A DNA stretch of 32,000 nt from the NCBI RefSeq assembly GCF_000016385.1, contig NC_009376.1, forward strand, positions 1,621,076 through 1,653,075, in the 5' to 3' direction. A program made the position numbers and the translations under genes. Numbering within the stretch: the first letter of the stretch is position 1; every line of letters begins with the position of its first letter. Of this stretch, positions 28,150 to 32,000 are shown piece after piece. The stretch is from Pyrobaculum arsenaticum DSM 13514. Its GTDB lineage: Archaea; Thermoproteota; Thermoprotei; Thermoproteales; Thermoproteaceae. The notes under the pieces were generated by a model. The model was given only the letters and a program-made list of their open reading frames with translations, was not told the origin of the DNA and did no database searches.

Positions 28150-28824
28150 GTGATAAAGAGTGAGCCATTTGGCAAATACCACAAGATCGTACTTACGGGG
28201 GAGAAGAGAAACGCCTTTACGTGGAATGTCGTAAAACGACTTCTCGAAATTGGATGCGACAGAGATGTTCTGATCACCAACGAGGGCCCTGTCTTCTCCG
28301 CGGGCCTTGACTTATCGGTATTTCTAGAAAGTAAGGATAAGGTCTTAGAATACTTGTTTACAATTCACAGACTTGTAAAAAAGCTTCTCGGGTGTGGCGG
28401 ACGCACCGTGGTTTTGGTCAAGGGAGATGTCTACGGGTTCGGAGTTGAGGTTCTGTATTTTGTCGACTACGTGGTGGCTAGTGGCGATGCTTTCAGATTC
28501 TCCCTACAAGGGGTCAACTTCGGGGTTTTTCCCCCATACACAGTGGCTTTGGGCCGCCGCTTGTTTAGCCATGGGCACCTCAGAGTAATGCTCAACAGAG
28601 ATTTCACGGCCAGAGAAGCCGCAGTGTTTGGAATAGTGTCTGAAATCGGCGACTTCCAACCAAATAGGCTATTTCAGCCGCCGGATTATCTAGAACCGGT
28701 AAGGCCTCGTAGATGGTTATTGGAAGTTGTAGACGAGGCGGTTCCATTCTTATACAGACTCGCCGAGGTGGGCACCAGGGAGGAGACTAGGGAGAGGATT
28801 AGGAAGTTTCTGGGAAAAGCGTAA
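28150..28824 (+). CDS. Crotonase/enoyl-CoA hydratase-fold protein
   Basis: NAFTWNVV...GPVFSAGLDLSVF is an oxyanion-hole segment, and GDVYGFGVEV is also present. At 224 aa it is short for the family. Confidence 0.55.
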   Translation: MIKSEPFGKYHKIVLTGEKRNAFTWNVVKRLLEIGCDRDVLITNEGPVFSAGLDLSVFLESKDKVLEYLFTIHRLVKKLLGCGGRTVVLVKGDVYGFGVEVLYFVDYVVASGDAFRFSLQGVNFGVFPPYTVALGRRLFSHGHLRVMLNRDFTAREAAVFGIVSEIGDFQPNRLFQPPDYLEPVRPRRWLLEVVDEAVPFLYRLAEVGTREETRERIRKFLGKA

Positions 28825-28848
28825 AAATTCTTTTGGCTGATAAGATCG

Positions 28849-30018
28849 ATGCCCGCTAATCTTCCTGCTGAGGCCAAGGCTGCTTGGCTGAAGGTGATGG
28901 AGGCGAAGACTCCTGAAGAGAAGCTACGGGCCATGGAAGAGTTCTTATCCGCAGTGCCTAAGCACAAGGGTACTGAGAAGCTGATTAAGCACATTCGGAG
29001 GAGGATGGCCGAGCTTAGGAGAGAGCTCCAGGAGAGGCGTGAAAAGGCGCGTGCCGTGCGGGGCGGAGGGGGGGCGCGACTTTACGTTGCCAAAGAGGGG
29101 GATGTGCAAGTCGCTGTCGTGGGCCCGCCTATGTCTGGCAAAACGGCGTTGTTGAGATGCCTTACCAACACTCACCTCGAGCCTGACGAACTCCCCTTTT
29201 CCACTGTCGAGCCCATCCCGTCTATGTTTGTGGAGGACGGCGTATATGTACAGCTGGTGAAAACGCCTAGCTTAGTGCTGGACCAGAGTAGTGATCTTAA
29301 CACAGTGACGCTGGCGACTGTGAGAAATGCCGATGCGGTGATGTTGGTGGTAGACGCTAACAATAACGCAACGCTTCTGCACAGAATAATACAGTTTTTT
29401 GAAGACGAGGGGATCTACCTAACCCCTCCGACTAACTACGTAAAAATTGAGCGGAAGGGGCTGGGCGGCGTCCAGATAGTTGGTTCTGGCAAAATCGTAG
29501 GGGGGACGTTGAGCGATGTTAAGAAGCTTCTACACGAGTACGGCATATACCACGCAGTGGTGCACATAGAGGGGGTTGTATCTCTTGACGAAGTAGAGGA
29601 GGCTTTGTACTTAGACAAGATGTATAAGCCTACTATAGTAATAATGTCAAAAGTCGATTTATACCAAGTTAATAGAGAAGTAGAGGAGTTTTTTACGAAG
29701 GCCGGCGTTAAGTACTACAAGACCGATTTGAGGGTGTGTAATCTCGATAGGAGGAGACTACTTGAGGATATTCTACAAGCCACGGGGCGTATAAGAGTTT
29801 TTACAAAGCCGGTTCATTCCAAGTGGTACGTAGAGAAGCCAATTGTTGTGAAAGCAGGCTCAACAGTCGGCGACGTTGCCGCCATGATTCATTCATCGCT
29901 CGCCGAGACGTTTAAGTACGCTATTGTGTGGCGCAGAGATCAGTATCCCAACTGGCCTAAACGCGTGGGCCGCGACTACGTCTTGTCCGACAACGATGTA
30001 GTGGAAATACATGCATGA
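28849..30018 (+). CDS. DRG-family (Obg-like) GTPase with C-terminal TGS domain
   Basis: The helical N-terminus contains KGTEKLIKHIRRRMAELRREL. G1 is GPPMSGKT. The TGS-like segment is VFTKP...VKAGSTVGDVAAMIHSSL...VVEI. Confidence 0.8.
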   Translation: MPANLPAEAKAAWLKVMEAKTPEEKLRAMEEFLSAVPKHKGTEKLIKHIRRRMAELRRELQERREKARAVRGGGGARLYVAKEGDVQVAVVGPPMSGKTALLRCLTNTHLEPDELPFSTVEPIPSMFVEDGVYVQLVKTPSLVLDQSSDLNTVTLATVRNADAVMLVVDANNNATLLHRIIQFFEDEGIYLTPPTNYVKIERKGLGGVQIVGSGKIVGGTLSDVKKLLHEYGIYHAVVHIEGVVSLDEVEEALYLDKMYKPTIVIMSKVDLYQVNREVEEFFTKAGVKYYKTDLRVCNLDRRRLLEDILQATGRIRVFTKPVHSKWYVEKPIVVKAGSTVGDVAAMIHSSLAETFKYAIVWRRDQYPNWPKRVGRDYVLSDNDVVEIHA

Positions 30019-30466
30019 ACACATGACGTGTGATGAGGCAAAGCGCATCTTAGAACGGCTAGACGAGATAGAAATTTTGCTGAACACAATTCTAGAGGAG
30101 GTAAGAGAACTGAAAAGGGGGGGCGGCATTGCCGAGCAGAGACATGCCCCCCGTTCATTTATAGAACTTCTACGCGAGAGAAAGTTTATCCCACTGGGGG
30201 AGGTAAAGTCCAGGCAGGCTCTTAGACAGGCGCTAGAAAGAGGCCTCGTTGTAGTGCTTCGCGATGAGGGCGCCAACAGGGAGGTGGTAGTCTTAAAAGA
30301 GGCCGCGCGCGAGTTGCTAAACAAGCTCCCTATCTCGGTAAAAGACGCAGAGAAGCTTGGCGAGCGCGATTACGAACTCTTACAGATTTTGAACCGCCTT
30401 GGCTACGTTTTACTTAAAGGTGGCCAATACATTAAAACTGAGTTAGCTGAAGAGTTTTACATATGA
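30011..30466 (+). CDS. Hypothetical 151-aa protein (coiled-coil N-terminus, possible wHTH)
   Basis: ORF only. It overlaps the DRG stop by 8 nt and the rfcS start by 4 nt. Confidence 0.45.
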   Translation: MHEHMTCDEAKRILERLDEIEILLNTILEEVRELKRGGGIAEQRHAPRSFIELLRERKFIPLGEVKSRQALRQALERGLVVVLRDEGANREVVVLKEAARELLNKLPISVKDAEKLGERDYELLQILNRLGYVLLKGGQYIKTELAEEFYI

Positions 30467-31431
30467 GCGAGCTTTTCTGGTTTGAGAAGTATAGGCCGAG
30501 GTCTTTTGATGAGGTGGTGGATCTTGAGGAGGTTAAGGCTCGGCTTAGGGAGTTTGTGAGGGGTGGGAATATGCCGCATCTGCTTTTCTACGGCCCTCCT
30601 GGCACTGGGAAGACTACCATGGCGCTTGTGTTGGCTAGGGAGTTGTATGGGGAGTATTGGCGGGAGAATACGCTGGAGCTAAACGCCTCAGACGAGAGGG
30701 GGATAAACGTAATTAGGGAGAGGGTGAAGGAATTCGCCAGGACAGCGCCTGTGGGCAAGGCGCCGTTTAAACTCGTAATACTAGACGAGGCAGACAACAT
30801 GACCTCAGACGCCCAACAAGCACTACGCAGAATAATGGAAATGTACGCCCAAAACACAAGATTCATACTACTAGCAAACTACATCAGCGGGATTATAGAG
30901 CCTATCCAGTCGCGCACTGTGATGATTAGGTTTTCGCCTCTGCCGAAGGAGGCTGTATTTGCCAGGCTCCGCTACATAGCGGATAACGAGGGCGTTAAGA
31001 TTTCAGACGACGCTCTTGAGGCCATTTACGAGTTCACACAGGGAGATATGCGGAGAGCAATTAATGCATTACAAATAGCAGCAACCACCGGCAAAGAGAT
31101 AACCGAGGAGACTGTGGCCAAAGCTCTTGGCATGGTTAGCCCTAGGCTTCTGAGAGAGACTCTCAACGATGCATTTAGGGGAAATTTCGGAAAAGCGGCG
31201 ACCCAGATTTATGGATTTGTAGTAGATGGGGGGATTGGAGAGTTGGAGATTGTGAAGCAACTACACCGCGAGGCGCTAAAGCTGGATGTTCCCGAGTATT
31301 TAAAGCCTGAAATAGCATATATCATAGCTGAGGCCCATTACGCAATCCTAAGAGGGGCGCATGGACTCACACAAATCTACGGAGCGCTTGCAAAAATCAG
31401 AAAACTTCTAAAATACACGGCAAGCATCTAA
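30463..31431 (+). CDS. rfcS: Replication factor C small subunit
   Basis: [25 protein letters not shown] and [12 protein letters not shown] are present. Confidence 0.95.
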   Translation: MSELFWFEKYRPRSFDEVVDLEEVKARLREFVRGGNMPHLLFYGPPGTGKTTMALVLARELYGEYWRENTLELNASDERGINVIRERVKEFARTAPVGKAPFKLVILDEADNMTSDAQQALRRIMEMYAQNTRFILLANYISGIIEPIQSRTVMIRFSPLPKEAVFARLRYIADNEGVKISDDALEAIYEFTQGDMRRAINALQIAATTGKEITEETVAKALGMVSPRLLRETLNDAFRGNFGKAATQIYGFVVDGGIGELEIVKQLHREALKLDVPEYLKPEIAYIIAEAHYAILRGAHGLTQIYGALAKIRKLLKYTASI

Positions 31432-31598
31432 TTATTCAGAACAATCAACCGACCACACTGTGTATCATCTGTAATATTAGTAACGATGTAGTAGAAAGTC
31501 TAGCGGATTCTTAGACTATATAAAAGGGTCTGTAAGTGGGAATGCCGTGTTTTATCTATTAACAACATCTCTCGGTCTTGGAACCAATTCTGTTGGTC

Positions 31599-31868
31599 CT
31601 AGTCTGTCTCTCTTTCGCTTTCTTGTAGGTTTTCGAGTAGTTGTCTTCTCAGCTCTTCCATTTCCTCTTGGTCGTATTCCATCCTTTTCTCCTCGGCGAT
31701 CATGATGCCCCTCTTTTTTTCTTCTGATACTTCTGCCCTTTGTCTATACGCATCTTTTGCTTTTTCCGTAAGCTTCACCTCATAGCCGCACTTTGGACAT
31801 TTTAATACTGTCACGCTGTCTTTTTTGTATGGCACCATTAAGGTACCGTCCTTGGGACAGAAGCGCAT
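31599..31868 (-). CDS. Zinc-ribbon protein resembling the N-terminal ribbon of TFS/RpoM, with a charged helical tail
   Basis: MRFCPKDGTLMVP...LKCPKCGYEV is the N-terminal ribbon. A C-terminal TFIIS-type ribbon is absent, and an E/K/R-rich tail takes its place. Confidence 0.45.
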   Translation of the reverse strand: MRFCPKDGTLMVPYKKDSVTVLKCPKCGYEVKLTEKAKDAYRQRAEVSEEKKRGIMIAEEKRMEYDQEEMEELRRQLLENLQESERETD

Positions 31869-31949
31869 TCACTACTACCCCGTGACCCTTTTTAAATATA
31901 ACGCCTCATAACTATGAAAAACCTTATATTCTATATACATCTAAATACT

Positions 31950-32000
31950 GTGAAAATCCTCCTTCTAGGCAACGAGGCAATTGCTTACGGTGCGCTGGCT
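31950..32000 (+). CDS. First 17 codons of a probable 2-oxoacid/indolepyruvate:ferredoxin oxidoreductase alpha subunit (truncated by the window end)
   Basis: The GTG start gives VKILLLGNEAIAYGALA, which resembles the IorA/POR-type N-terminus (LLGNEAIARGALEAG). Confidence 0.35.
   Translation, partial: MKILLLGNEAIAYGALA

Overview
This 32-kb window is gene-dense chromosome from a hyperthermophilic crenarchaeon. It is almost certainly Thermoproteales (Pyrobaculum/Thermoproteus-like), because it carries crenactin. I count about 45 CDS. Many have 4-8 nt start/stop overlaps and GTG/TTG starts. AT-rich TATA-like boxes sit about 23-27 nt upstream of start codons, which fits leaderless mRNAs.

Most genes are housekeeping: GlyRS, PheRS-beta, tRNA splicing endonuclease, archease, RFC small subunit, isocitrate dehydrogenase, agmatinase, NMNAT, adenylate kinase, G1P dehydrogenase, Hsp20 and a DRG GTPase.

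Stand-out content:
1. A complete crenactin/arcadin cytoskeleton operon (9830 down to 5025, minus strand). It includes a Rad50-like arcadin-4 with a mid-coil CxxC hook, and a 56-codon ORF that is absent from the ORF track.
2. Three box C/D sRNA candidates. One (4970-5023) has a guide aimed at wobble C34 of the intronless tRNA-Trp(CCA) encoded at 2214-2290 in this same window.
3. A divergent PD-(D/E)xK nuclease / C5-cytosine methyltransferase pair flanking one palindromic TATA box. The methyltransferase stop overlaps the start of an NMD3 homolog.
4. A roughly 600-bp AT-rich island that begins in the middle of the NMD3-like gene.
5. An unlisted rpoP gene.
6. Three convergent gene pairs with overlapping stop codons.

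I saw no CRISPR array, transposase, integrase or rRNA. All functional calls come from reading motifs by eye and from recalled family signatures. No database search or folding computation was run.
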